IMG/VR virus record: IMGVR_UViG_3300030430_001633
Span: 1 to 57,909 of that record
DNA from: a virus
Taxonomy: Duplodnaviria; Caudoviricetes
Direction: 5' to 3' (one strand)
Length of the DNA stretch: 57,909 nucleotides
Each line of letters starts with the position of its first letter. Positions within the stretch are counted from its first letter, which is position 1. Below the pieces are notes generated by a model that was given only the letters and a program-made list of their open reading frames with translations, was not told the origin of the DNA and did not search any database. Made by a program: the position numbers and the translations under genes. Shown here in pieces: positions 45,701-55,191 of the stretch.

Positions 45701-45972
45701 TTAAACCCACGAGTAAAATCACTAATTAGCCCAAGATCTACACCTGTGTAATCTTCTGGTGTTTCGCCGATAAAGGTTTCATCTGTTTCTGCTTGCCCTG
45801 TCACGCGGCTAGGCAATACATCTGCAGAGACACCTATTTCTGCTTGAGCAGGGGTTACTCCAGGATCCAGGGTCGGGTCACGGGGGTCACTCAACATTAA
45901 GTTAGGAGCTTTGTTCCGTTGGTAATCTTGTTGACCTTGTTGTGTAGGAGGCCCTATTTTAATAGCTGACAT
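42751..45972 (-). CDS. Large internal virion (ejection) protein
   Basis: 1073 aa Ala-rich helical protein, last of a series after tail genes; SIGIETLFPNDP-like C-terminus. Confidence 0.6.
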   Translation of the reverse strand: MSAIKIGPPTQQGQQDYQRNKAPNLMLSDPRDPTLDPGVTPAQAEIGVSADVLPSRVTGQAETDETFIGETPEDYTGVDLGLISDFTRGFNDLILYLPDAAINAVAGGLEAAGVVEEGTVDRNFLSRVFNSSDYESQRVIIPYLVHYGTGRFAGQAEQEGKLAAIARGAGQATAATVPVVGLQTRAAAIPATEVTRLGSKIPFLGTDVLAKGAVTPSASTTAQRVAETMIAPFRASPGTAVAAETALGAASGAGAEAETQLFGTNTGLGGLVPLAPAGIYYGAKKTPGAKFVSKGFSWAGSKIRGGIDDAKVLTGKVDPAEGAEGQAALAKLGDEVKEAAAFPEAQDNLRKAADIEATLGGYADAPITLSPAEATLDLPLLATQARMEGTGDAAFTRANNARKNNVLNAAQKFIDGELTGSPIDDAPLYVYNQARDAYEATYARINAEEDDITSSWALVTAADTGVYPKLSDRASIGDNIRTTIVDAQQSAKDDAAALAKKLKINDADPVGNRDATAGAQAAVRDALTTRAGKEAISYEGLPPLVRKFVEFKFKDGKMSFQDWKSFRDQVGSAIGVALAKGDNSSVRPLAILSEQLDNMATSYGRTNEKFEQFRLVYDKNVVAPFERSGVIRVTAKGPGSTGEQPQYYLPDEQVVKAFLSDTNTARQFMKLFADKPADMRAMKAVVLDQIRDTAYNYNKGVFNPDKINSYLNKNREVLSELGLLDDLLDTQKLIEDQVARQSELTARRRAIQGNTLIGAVGRAVGNESPDQLFKEALTNPAKMRQLREVASVATDSYTAEQGAQAFRAAITEKMLAKAPDALGSPTAFKQWMVKNEEVLDAAFDKSHVDNLYLIADAAERVLITGISRGKGVTDEDIISRFTGALGTTPAGISNRFIAVQEGRLGSKAMVGYIISRAIRQQSGVRSDALFREAMFDPNIAKLLTTEGGESVAPLGASEPNKRKINAFLFNIGVDYGEGITGEGATQELILEPQMPEQPVTETPPPPAPVVPDPQPFIYAPTPGITTPTPKPKPPRPPAGSTASVGIETLFPNDPTSIAIAKRRAAGQASAGIV

Positions 45973-45981
45973 TTAAACCCC

Positions 45982-48537
45982 CTAGAAAGTTATATCTTTA
46001 CCGATTTCCAACAGAACTGGTGAGCCATCTCCTGGAATCAAGCTCGGTGAAATACCTTGCCGCGCTGCTTCTTCAGGAGTCATCTCTATAAATAGCCCAT
46101 TAAGTTTGTCTTTACCACCAGCAGTTGCTGCTGTGATGGTGAGTGCTTCATACTGTCCAGGAGCCTCAAAAATGATTGGGTCATTTTTGCCGCCTGTTGG
46201 AATCTCACGCAAGATAGGTATCTTTTCTTGATCACTGATAATACCACGGGCAAACGTAAGTTCGTTCTGCAAAATACGCATAAGCTCTTGGAATCGCACA
46301 GTAGACATATCTGGGTTTTTGAAGAAACCTGCGGGGTCTTCGTTCAGAGCCGCAATGAGCTCTTGTTCCCTGACGGCGTACCTATCTGAAAGTGCCAAAG
46401 CACGAGCTAGGTTACGAGAGAACAACTCCATACGTCTCCTACCCCGCTCGGTAGCAGCAAACTCCACCATATTATCCCATGAGTCAGGAGCAACTGAACC
46501 AACCACATTAGAAGTCCATGCTTTAACCGTATTTAGCGGACCAACTGCATCTGGGATAGAACCAAGGACTTCATTAGCAGAGTTGAGGGCGTTGGAAATA
46601 GAAATAACTTTGTTTTGGTTAGTTCTTATCGTAGACTCTGGTAGTGTCGCGGCGGCTATTCCAGGATTATCAACTGTTTCAACCAATGGGTTACCAGAAA
46701 CCAAAGCCCCCTTAGCATCGCGGACGGCTGGTTCAAGGGCATATGCTGCACCACCAAACTGCACTCCGTTGACTTGAGAAACAAAGCTCTCCCCCGCACG
46801 AGGACCTGCTTTAACAGTTACTTTTATACGGCCTACAGAATCTGGAGCGGAAACTTCAAGCACATCGGCTTCGTTACCTTCAATAAATCCTTGCGGTGCT
46901 TTTATCGCATCTTTTGCTTCACCTGTTGGTGAATAATAGTAATTACCCCCAAGGAAAAATCCAGCAAATTGGTTGAAACCAGATTTAGAACCCCTAGCTG
47001 GGATTATGTTACCATCTGCATCTGTTGATGCGATATCAGGAATAAGTAGATTTACCTTTTTAGCTTTGGAAAAATCTATTTCCCCTGTGCCATGAGCAGC
47101 AGCAAACGCATCTTTACTGTACGGGGCATAACCCTCAGGCACATCAATTAATCTGCCATTGTTGCCATCAATATATTTAACGCCATCAGCGGTGCGTCTT
47201 ACACCGATAATGTCAACCTTTTTAGTCTTCGGGTCATATTTACCCCATGTTTCAGTAGCCGTCACACCGTACTGATTAGCGGCTGACCAGTTTCTTACAG
47301 CAGTATCATTTACAGCTTTTACTGCATCGCCTTCTAACTTCAAGCCATAATTCACAGCTTCTTTTTGTGCAGATAATATTGCGTTTTCAAGGGTTGCACT
47401 TGCTGCCGCTGCTCTACCAAGAGCTGCATTCGCTACATTAAGTTGAGCAGAACGCAGTGCATCATCACGGCTTACAGATTCTTTACGGGCTGCGAGTTTA
47501 ATCGCGCGGTCTTGTTCTGCCTTTGCAGCGGCGATTTTACTAAGGTCAGGCGCAACCTCACCAGCAGCATCAATCGCTGCCCCTAACAAGGGTTTATCTG
47601 ACCCAGCAATGCTTTGACCAGCTTTTACGAGAGCGAGATATGCTTGTGTCTTAGCTGCATCATCTGCATCAGAACCTAACAAATCTCGATACTCTTTTAA
47701 TATTTCATCAGATGTTTTAGTTTTAGGCAGGAAGGGAGCCAGTTCTTTCATACTTCCTTGAATATCTAAACCGGCACCTCCAGTCATTTGATCTAGATAT
47801 GGTTTCATAATCCCCATATAATCACTGGCGTACCCACGCACTCTATTTTGATCAATACTTTGTAGAGGAGGTAAACTTTGCCCACCAAGATTAGGCAGGG
47901 TCATTGTAATCGGTTGTCGATTAACATTGAGGTTTACTCCCGGAACAATATTTGGGCGTGTAACGAGAGTGTTTTCTGCCTGTGGGCCAGAGCCAAACTG
48001 CCTCTTTACGGGTGTCTCGCCAGCTTGCATACGCGCTATCGCCTCACCCATTCCCGGAGCTTGTACAGGTGAGGCTACATTAAAATTTCCGGCGGGAGAT
48101 CCACCTCCCATCATGGGCATGGCATCTGCTATGCCTCCAGAGGGTGATTCTTCGCGAACCATATCCATCATGGTAAAGGTTGGTTGTACAAGGGCCAAGA
48201 CTGATTCAGGTGTTTTCTTAGCATCTGCTTGGCCTACAAACTCAGCCAGCTCACTGTAGCGTTCTTGTATACTGGCATCATCACCGCGCATGGCATTGAT
48301 TACTTCTTCTGTCGACTCTGCTGAGTCTATTTGGTTAAGCATATCTTGCATCCCGCCAGCCATCGCAGCAAAGCCAGCCTCGGCGGTCTGTTGCTCTGTG
48401 GCTGGGTCTACCAACCCAGAAGTAATTCCTGTCCCTACAGAAGTAGGGGGAGCCATAGGCTGTTGCATCATAGGCGGTTGTGCTTGCACCGCACCACCAT
48501 TTGCAAACATCCTCCTCTGCAATACGCGATTATACAT
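45982..48537 (-). CDS. Internal virion protein
   Basis: 851 aa, RRMFANGG N-terminus, GTGITSGL. Confidence 0.6.
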   Translation of the reverse strand: MYNRVLQRRMFANGGAVQAQPPMMQQPMAPPTSVGTGITSGLVDPATEQQTAEAGFAAMAGGMQDMLNQIDSAESTEEVINAMRGDDASIQERYSELAEFVGQADAKKTPESVLALVQPTFTMMDMVREESPSGGIADAMPMMGGGSPAGNFNVASPVQAPGMGEAIARMQAGETPVKRQFGSGPQAENTLVTRPNIVPGVNLNVNRQPITMTLPNLGGQSLPPLQSIDQNRVRGYASDYMGIMKPYLDQMTGGAGLDIQGSMKELAPFLPKTKTSDEILKEYRDLLGSDADDAAKTQAYLALVKAGQSIAGSDKPLLGAAIDAAGEVAPDLSKIAAAKAEQDRAIKLAARKESVSRDDALRSAQLNVANAALGRAAAASATLENAILSAQKEAVNYGLKLEGDAVKAVNDTAVRNWSAANQYGVTATETWGKYDPKTKKVDIIGVRRTADGVKYIDGNNGRLIDVPEGYAPYSKDAFAAAHGTGEIDFSKAKKVNLLIPDIASTDADGNIIPARGSKSGFNQFAGFFLGGNYYYSPTGEAKDAIKAPQGFIEGNEADVLEVSAPDSVGRIKVTVKAGPRAGESFVSQVNGVQFGGAAYALEPAVRDAKGALVSGNPLVETVDNPGIAAATLPESTIRTNQNKVISISNALNSANEVLGSIPDAVGPLNTVKAWTSNVVGSVAPDSWDNMVEFAATERGRRRMELFSRNLARALALSDRYAVREQELIAALNEDPAGFFKNPDMSTVRFQELMRILQNELTFARGIISDQEKIPILREIPTGGKNDPIIFEAPGQYEALTITAATAGGKDKLNGLFIEMTPEEAARQGISPSLIPGDGSPVLLEIGKDITF

Positions 48538-49601
48538 TATATCAACCCCGTTTTATTTGCTGCGCCATACAAACCTAATCCTGTTGCTGCACCACCAACA
48601 ATTTGATTTAACAAGCTCGGATTAGCTGTAGCAGACTGAGTAATAGTTTGTTGAGTAGTCGGCGCACCACGCAAGATATCACTATAAAAACCGAGCCGTT
48701 GATAAGGCTCGAAAATTCTTTGCATTTGCGTTTGTCTTCCTGCCTCGAGCTGAGCTTGATTGATTTGCCTTTGTTGTTCACCCAGAGTAGCAAGCCTATT
48801 AATATCCTCGCCCCTCAACTTAGAACCTAACTCACCCAGAGCTGCTTGCTGCACCCCTAATGAGCCAATACCCTGACCTAATTGTCCTAATGAAGCACCT
48901 AACTGACCTGCTGAAACACCTGCTTGCCTGAGGGCATCCTGTTGAGTTAACCCTAATTGACCAAGGGTTTGTCCTGCTTGCATTTGCCTAGCTTGTTGAT
49001 TACTAAAATCAGCTCTAGCAGCTTGTTGGGCTTGTAAAAAATTATCTGCTTGGGCTTTTGCTAAGGCACTAGCACGGTTTCTATCTATTTCTCTTGCCGC
49101 TATTTCTGCTCTACTACCACCAAAAGCTCCTGCGCCTACAGCTTGCCCCGCTGCTTGACGCTGCTGGATATCATAAGCACGGTTAATTTCATCAGCAACT
49201 GCTTGCTGGTATGGATTCATATAAGCAGCAGCACCTGTGGTTGGGTCAAAAGCCTGAGCTGAACTTTCAACCATTCTTCGTGCCGCTGCTGTAGGGTCTT
49301 GTCCTGCGGCAGCGTAAATGTTACTCAACCCTGCTTGGATAGCTCCTTGGCCTGTACCAAAAGCGCCTAGACCTGTGCCAATAGTCCCAGCAGCTTGATC
49401 AATAAATGGTTGAAAACTACCAACCCCTCGCTGAGCTAATTGCTGAGCTCTTTGTCCTAATTGTTCTGTACCCGCCGCCGTTATATTAGGTAATCCACCC
49501 GTCGGAGGTCTCGCTACTAAATCTTTGGCTTGTTTCATTAAGCCAAGTTTATAAGCCTCTATTTCGGGGGCTTCTCTTTGAATAATGGTTTCTGTAGCCA
49601 T
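48537..49601 (-). CDS. Internal virion / DNA-transfer protein
   Basis: Gln/Gly/Ala-rich, YMNPYQQ.V, GAFGGSR, PYQRLGF.SDI. Confidence 0.6.
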   Translation of the reverse strand: MATETIIQREAPEIEAYKLGLMKQAKDLVARPPTGGLPNITAAGTEQLGQRAQQLAQRGVGSFQPFIDQAAGTIGTGLGAFGTGQGAIQAGLSNIYAAAGQDPTAAARRMVESSAQAFDPTTGAAAYMNPYQQAVADEINRAYDIQQRQAAGQAVGAGAFGGSRAEIAAREIDRNRASALAKAQADNFLQAQQAARADFSNQQARQMQAGQTLGQLGLTQQDALRQAGVSAGQLGASLGQLGQGIGSLGVQQAALGELGSKLRGEDINRLATLGEQQRQINQAQLEAGRQTQMQRIFEPYQRLGFYSDILRGAPTTQQTITQSATANPSLLNQIVGGAATGLGLYGAANKTGLI

Positions 49602-51079
49602 TACGCCCTCCGCTCAAAATCACGCATCATAGCGTACATTCGTTTAGCACCCTCTTTCCTATCACCACCTCCAGCACCGCGCACAGCAGCAGCATTCATC
49701 ACAAACTCACCATCACTCAACAGAGCGGGTATTGAATCACTGGTTGGTGTTCCGGGACCAACTATTTCGCCGCCTTGTGCAACAGTTGCAATATCTCCAA
49801 CAACAGGCAAAGTTGTGACAGGTTGGTCCCGATAATAGGGGTTATTCCCATAAAATTCTTCTGGGTCAAAAAAGGCCTCTGGGAACATTTGTTGATATTC
49901 TTCTGATGTATAACCAGTAGTATCATCAAGCCCATCGCCATCACTATCTGTAAATATTCCTAAGATAGCACCACCTGTAGCTGCATCAGCAGCAACCGCA
50001 CCCGCTGTGCCGAGTGCCGTGGCTGGACCAAATTTTTCTATAAAGCTAGGTGCGAGGTTTGCTCTGGCTGCTTTAGTAGCATCCGCAACAATCGCTGTTG
50101 TATCAATAGTTGGGGCGGGTAATCCTGCTGCCTCTAATGCACTTTTTGTTGCTTCTGCCGCTGCAATATCGCCTTGAGCTATTCTTGCTGCCTCTTGACC
50201 TACCGCTTCAGCGGAAGGTTGGATACTTGGTCTATTAGGACTAAAAGTCTCTGTAAATTTATCTTTTGCTTTTTCAAACAGGCTGCGCTCATCACCGACC
50301 CTGTCACTCAGGTTCTGTGAATCAGGGAACTCTATCTTTTCGCCTGTGAAATCTATGCCAGTTCCTCCCGCTTGTTGAGCTGCTTGCGTTCTAAGAGCTG
50401 CGAGTTGCGCCTGACCAGCTTGGCTCAATGGGTTTACAGGAGTGACCGCTTGTTTAAAGCTAAATGTACCTAGTCCTTGACTTGGGGCAGCGCGGCTTCC
50501 AAAGAAGCTGCCACTACCAAAACCCTCAGTGCCTCCAAACGCTAAATTACCTAACCCAGCCAAACCACCTGTAATCACTGCATTTCTAGCGGCTGTTTTA
50601 AAATCTTGCCCTGCTATTAGACCACCGGCCAAACTACCGATGCCTGTAGCAAAAGCCAGAGGCATTGCAGGGAGCAGGAACGGTGCCACAATGGGCAGTA
50701 CAATCGGGGCAATCTTTTTAGCTACTTTAGCTACTTTTTTGACTGCTTTTTTTACTTTCTTAAATATTTTTTTAAAGAAAAACTCTGCTTGCCCTGTAAT
50801 CGGGTTGATGCTGTTTAGTTCGTTACCAACGATGTAACGCTCTGGCTCAATACCCATCTCTTCCATCTGGGCAAACAGCATATCTTTAAGGCGTGGATTA
50901 TTTTCCAACACCTCCATAGGCACCATTGTTTCGCCTTCAGCGGCATGAACAATGTAAGTATCACCATTGCGTCCAAACTCAGCGAGCAGGTTTGCAGCGT
51001 GTTCATATTCTTGGATCCCGCCTTCAGGAACCAAGGGTAGCTCTTGAACTTCATAACCGAGTGCTGCAATACCTTGCAT
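49601..51079 (-). CDS. Internal virion protein
   Basis: GR.GDT..VH...GE, INP.TG..EFF, GPGT.TSDSIPA.LSDGEFV..A.AV. Confidence 0.6.
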   Translation of the reverse strand: MQGIAALGYEVQELPLVPEGGIQEYEHAANLLAEFGRNGDTYIVHAAEGETMVPMEVLENNPRLKDMLFAQMEEMGIEPERYIVGNELNSINPITGQAEFFFKKIFKKVKKAVKKVAKVAKKIAPIVLPIVAPFLLPAMPLAFATGIGSLAGGLIAGQDFKTAARNAVITGGLAGLGNLAFGGTEGFGSGSFFGSRAAPSQGLGTFSFKQAVTPVNPLSQAGQAQLAALRTQAAQQAGGTGIDFTGEKIEFPDSQNLSDRVGDERSLFEKAKDKFTETFSPNRPSIQPSAEAVGQEAARIAQGDIAAAEATKSALEAAGLPAPTIDTTAIVADATKAARANLAPSFIEKFGPATALGTAGAVAADAATGGAILGIFTDSDGDGLDDTTGYTSEEYQQMFPEAFFDPEEFYGNNPYYRDQPVTTLPVVGDIATVAQGGEIVGPGTPTSDSIPALLSDGEFVMNAAAVRGAGGGDRKEGAKRMYAMMRDFERRA

Positions 51080-51165
51080 CTTAGTTTCTCCACAAGTTAG
51101 ATGCAGGGTAGCAATGCCTGAGATTTGCTATTTGCATCATAAACATAATTCTATCTTGGCGCAAC

Positions 51166-51453
51166 TTATGAAACACTTATCGTCACCGTGCCTACCGCAC
51201 CTGTCGCTTGAACACTTCCTGAATAAAAATCTTCAGCAACAATTACTTTTATAAACCCACCATCAGCTATAAAAAAATCACCACGTTCTAGAGCATTCGC
51301 AGCACCAGAACCTGGAATCCCTTGAAAATTAATCTTAGCATCGCGTACTTCATCTATCAAAAACTCTAGTGCTCTTGCTAATTGGTTTATGTAAACCTGA
51401 TCATATTGATTAGGCGCAACTGGTAAGATAGGCCGTACGACTTTTTTTGTCAT
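51166..51453 (-). CDS. Small tail-associated protein
   Basis: LP.AP..YD..Y.NQL; C-terminal ATGAVGTVT. Confidence 0.6.
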   Translation of the reverse strand: MTKKVVRPILPVAPNQYDQVYINQLARALEFLIDEVRDAKINFQGIPGSGAANALERGDFFIADGGFIKVIVAEDFYSGSVQATGAVGTVTISVS

Positions 51454-53318
51454 CGCCTACCATCCGGCCTCGCGTCTAGTCTAGGTGCTCCTAGTCGCCA
51501 TTTTACACCAGTGGCAGTGTTTTCTATTTTAATTGCCATTTGTCGACCACGGGCGCGTAAATCTATTTGATCTGTATATTGCTCAACTGGAGATGTAGCA
51601 GTGCGCGTAGCAGACCCTGAAGGAGATTCTGTAAAAGCGTCACCACCAAAATCACGACTCCTAACAGTGAACACCGCTGCTGGATTAGAAGCAGTTGATC
51701 CGTTAAATGTAAGATCGGGTAGAATACGGTTTACCAGCATAAATTGTTGCCCATCACCAATATCAAAGTCAGATGATTGAACAAACGCATTTACAGCCAC
51801 AGTGCTGTCACCACTTCTGTCATCTAAACCATCCTCATGATTTAGTAGATACCCATCTGTAGTTGTAGCTTGTGGGAAACTACGCAGTCCTGAAGCTCGA
51901 TCATTCCATGTAGTGCGAACCAAATTTCCGTAGTACCAAATCTGCTGCCCATAATTATAAATTACATAGCGGTCAATCTCAGTAGACCCTGATGAACAGT
52001 AAAACCACCAGATCTCAGTTTGGCTACCAATAGAACCAGCGTGAAATTTAAACGATTGCTGATTATTCATATCATTAAAAACATAATCACGAACACTGCA
52101 AGGCAGTGTTTGTATGCGACCATCGTAAACATAGAAATTTTCTTGGCCCATCCAGAACACAACATCATTTACTGCAATCGCTGTATTTGGGCCAGATATG
52201 CGGATGTTATCGCCAAGTAAAGATACTCCAAAAGTAAACGGAGCGCCTAAAAATTGCATGGAGTATAGCGATTGGTCTGTAAACACCAGTATTTGTCTAC
52301 TGGTTTGCACCGCAGTAATAATCTCACTGCCTTTAGATAAACGAATATCACCTGCTGTATTAGTTGCCGTGGGTGTAAAATCGGTTAAAGATTCTTGACT
52401 ACCAAAACGTATGAGGAGTGGATCTTGTGTATTAGTACCGATTATATTTGCACCAAATGCAATTACATGACGGTCAACGTCAGATACCAAAACTTTACGA
52501 GCGATTGTGGGTGTGTCACTTGCACCCGCTAAAGAAGAAAGTTCTACTGCTCTGGTGCTTACTCCATTTGTAGCATCCCAGTAGTAAATAGAACCATTCA
52601 TTACATTGAAAATTAAATCTTCGCCAAAATTATCCACTGCCCATAGCCGTAGTGTAATGCCCGACAACGCACCAGATGCAGAGCCCCATTCAAAACGACC
52701 CCATGTTCCCGCGCTCCAGCCTGATCCAAGAACAGTAGTATTAATACCTACGTTAATTTGAAAAGCTGCTGTTCCAGATGAGCCGCCGCCTGCTGTGCTA
52801 CCTGATGAGGCCGAGCCACCAGTATCTACTGTAAAAGTAGTGGTGCTAGGGACTGATGCTATAGTTTGTTCTTTATTAAGTTGAGCGGTAGTAATACCGT
52901 CTGTTGCAGTCAGGTTAGCTAGAGTAACGAAGTCACCCGCCTCTGCCCCATGTGCAGCTTGTGTGGTGATAGTTACCACACCACTCCCTGCCCCTCCAGT
53001 TGTATTTACTGGGTTACTTCCTAAACTGACAGTAGAGCGGATAGGTGTAATATCGTTAAATACACCTGCATCTTCCAAAAACACTTTTTTCTCAGTGCCT
53101 ACAAACAATAAGTTCTGAGATGCGAGTGTAACAAAATCAAATACCTTACGAGCGGTGCCAGTAAACTGGTTGTTAGATACCCTTGCCCAACCGCCTATGC
53201 GTTCAACATAACCATTACGAAACCGGATTTTATCACCATCAAACCAGCCGCCTTCATTAGAGTAGTTTGTTCCCTCCCTATTTATTCCGGGTTTAAATTG
53301 CAATTTGCTGAGAGGCAA
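51450..53318 (-). CDS. Tail tubular protein B / head-stabilisation (nozzle) protein
   Basis: 622 aa beta-propeller-like; FKPGIN.E.T, DNFGEDL, N.AG..RL..GS.I, WRLG..RLD..PDGRR. Confidence 0.7.
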   Translation of the reverse strand: MPLSKLQFKPGINREGTNYSNEGGWFDGDKIRFRNGYVERIGGWARVSNNQFTGTARKVFDFVTLASQNLLFVGTEKKVFLEDAGVFNDITPIRSTVSLGSNPVNTTGGAGSGVVTITTQAAHGAEAGDFVTLANLTATDGITTAQLNKEQTIASVPSTTTFTVDTGGSASSGSTAGGGSSGTAAFQINVGINTTVLGSGWSAGTWGRFEWGSASGALSGITLRLWAVDNFGEDLIFNVMNGSIYYWDATNGVSTRAVELSSLAGASDTPTIARKVLVSDVDRHVIAFGANIIGTNTQDPLLIRFGSQESLTDFTPTATNTAGDIRLSKGSEIITAVQTSRQILVFTDQSLYSMQFLGAPFTFGVSLLGDNIRISGPNTAIAVNDVVFWMGQENFYVYDGRIQTLPCSVRDYVFNDMNNQQSFKFHAGSIGSQTEIWWFYCSSGSTEIDRYVIYNYGQQIWYYGNLVRTTWNDRASGLRSFPQATTTDGYLLNHEDGLDDRSGDSTVAVNAFVQSSDFDIGDGQQFMLVNRILPDLTFNGSTASNPAAVFTVRSRDFGGDAFTESPSGSATRTATSPVEQYTDQIDLRARGRQMAIKIENTATGVKWRLGAPRLDARPDGRR

Positions 53319-53327
53319 AACAGACTC

Positions 53328-54917
53328 CTATCCTTCCAATGCCGTCACACGAGCCTCAAGAGATTCAATCTTGGCAACGGCCTCTTTTAGAGCAGCGGTC
53401 AACAGAGGAACCAGCTTGCTATGGTCTATTCCTTGCATGATAGGAATTGTATTACCATCATCATCCAGCTTGTTATCACCAACCTTTACCCCATCAGGTA
53501 GTTTTTCTTCCTTCCCCCAAATAGCGACCTCATCCTTCACACCACTGATTGCTTCTGGAACGATGCTAGATACTTCATGTGCCAAGAAGCCATCGACGGT
53601 GGTATCGGGGCTTACAATAAAATTGAACCTTTTCGGTGCCAGTGCCTTCACACGGTCAATGGCTCCTGTCATATCAGCTACGTTTTCTTTTAACCGATAG
53701 TCTGAAGATGTGTTGAAAGCTGTTGCACTGTCGTTACTTTGTATAGAACCTACACGACTTGTGCCGGTGCCAACAAAAAAGTCAATCATGCGTCTAGTGC
53801 CGCTTGTGGTTCCATTAACAACACAGAAAGGTGAGTTGTTTGCTCCTCCTGCGTGTCGTGTGAACAAGCCGCCATCGGAATAATTTCCCCCCGTGGTATC
53901 ACCAACCATTACTTGGCCGCCACTAGCCACACGCATCCTTTCTACTCCTGACGACATAAACGCTAAGGTTGTGCTTCCAGCTTCAGTGCCAAAAGTGCCT
54001 ACATTGCTTCCATCTGTTTTGAAGGTGAAATTAGTTGCAACGCCGTCAGTAAAAGTAACTAATGTTCCTGTTGCACCATTGTTCAATTCTAATTTTCTTG
54101 ATGGTGATGAAGTTCCAATGCCTACGTTGCCACTGCTGTCCAAAACCATTTTAGCATCAGCAGAAAGACTAGCCTGTGAATTTGCATCAAATGCAAACAC
54201 TAACTTGTTTTCAGAATCATCAACACCAATTGCATAATAGTTACCGCCAGATTGACTTCCGCTCTGATAATTGTGGGCAAAACAAATCTGATGGTCTGCT
54301 GAAGTGCCATTACGATCCAGAATAATTATACCATCAGATGTGGTGTCTTGGATGTGCAGCTTCTTCTTTGGTGTGCCAGTTCCTATGCCAATAAAATCGT
54401 CTGAACCCTGCACAAAAAGTGCATTGGCATTGCCGTTGCCCTCGACACGGAAGTCGAGGTCTATGCTACCATTATTAAAAACTGTCTCTGATACCAAAAA
54501 ATCTGCTCTACTAACAAGAGAGCCAGCATTCATAGCTTTTATTTGTAATGCAGAACTTTCAGTTCCGTTAGAAGCATCTCCGATTTGAGTTGAAATGGAG
54601 GCAAATGTAGTTTCGTTCCCGCCGTCATCATCAGCAATAAATTTAATAGAACCAAGAAGGTCAGAGTCAGCAGGACTACCAGAGTCTCTTACCAAATCTA
54701 AAACAGGCCCAACACTTGCATCTGCATCTGTCGATGTCAGTGTTAATTGCGCGGTATTGTCAGAGGTAGTGATTGTTGCGCCAGCAGATGATGTGATTGC
54801 ACCAGTGACATCTAGCGTACCCGCTGCCGTTGCGTTGCCCGTGAGTGCGGTGGTGCCTGTAGCAGTGAGATCCGATATGGTCGTAATGGTTTTTGGTTCT
54901 TTACCTATGTATGGCAT
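53328..54917 (-). CDS. Tail fibre with C-terminal intramolecular chaperone (peptidase S74-like)
   Basis: GNVGIGTSSP repeats; SSDYRLKEN...GFLAHEV...P.A..G...KLVPLLT.A..E. Confidence 0.85.
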   Translation of the reverse strand: MPYIGKEPKTITTISDLTATGTTALTGNATAAGTLDVTGAITSSAGATITTSDNTAQLTLTSTDADASVGPVLDLVRDSGSPADSDLLGSIKFIADDDGGNETTFASISTQIGDASNGTESSALQIKAMNAGSLVSRADFLVSETVFNNGSIDLDFRVEGNGNANALFVQGSDDFIGIGTGTPKKKLHIQDTTSDGIIILDRNGTSADHQICFAHNYQSGSQSGGNYYAIGVDDSENKLVFAFDANSQASLSADAKMVLDSSGNVGIGTSSPSRKLELNNGATGTLVTFTDGVATNFTFKTDGSNVGTFGTEAGSTTLAFMSSGVERMRVASGGQVMVGDTTGGNYSDGGLFTRHAGGANNSPFCVVNGTTSGTRRMIDFFVGTGTSRVGSIQSNDSATAFNTSSDYRLKENVADMTGAIDRVKALAPKRFNFIVSPDTTVDGFLAHEVSSIVPEAISGVKDEVAIWGKEEKLPDGVKVGDNKLDDDGNTIPIMQGIDHSKLVPLLTAALKEAVAKIESLEARVTALEG

Positions 54918-54932
54918 ACTCGTTCTCCTATA

Positions 54933-55181
54933 TCAAGACAACGAATTGTCAGAAGGGTCAAAAGTTTTTCCCTTAACATCAAACTGCGCAGCCCACTTAT
55001 CAATCGCAGCCTTTGAGGCATCGTATGCTTGTTTGACATAACTTTCATTGCTTGTGCCATCTACGAGTTTGATGCGTTTGTCGGTAATGAAAGCATTCCC
55101 GTCAGCATCTGTGCAAAGCAATCCCACTACTTTGTCACCATCTTCATCATAAAATTTATCCACGGTGTATGTGATGGACAT
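54933..55181 (-). CDS. Small tail-fibre-associated protein
   Basis: Between fibre genes, GGAG RBS. Confidence 0.55.
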   Translation of the reverse strand: MSITYTVDKFYDEDGDKVVGLLCTDADGNAFITDKRIKLVDGTSNESYVKQAYDASKAAIDKWAAQFDVKGKTFDPSDNSLS

Positions 55182-55191
55182 GTCTTTCTCC

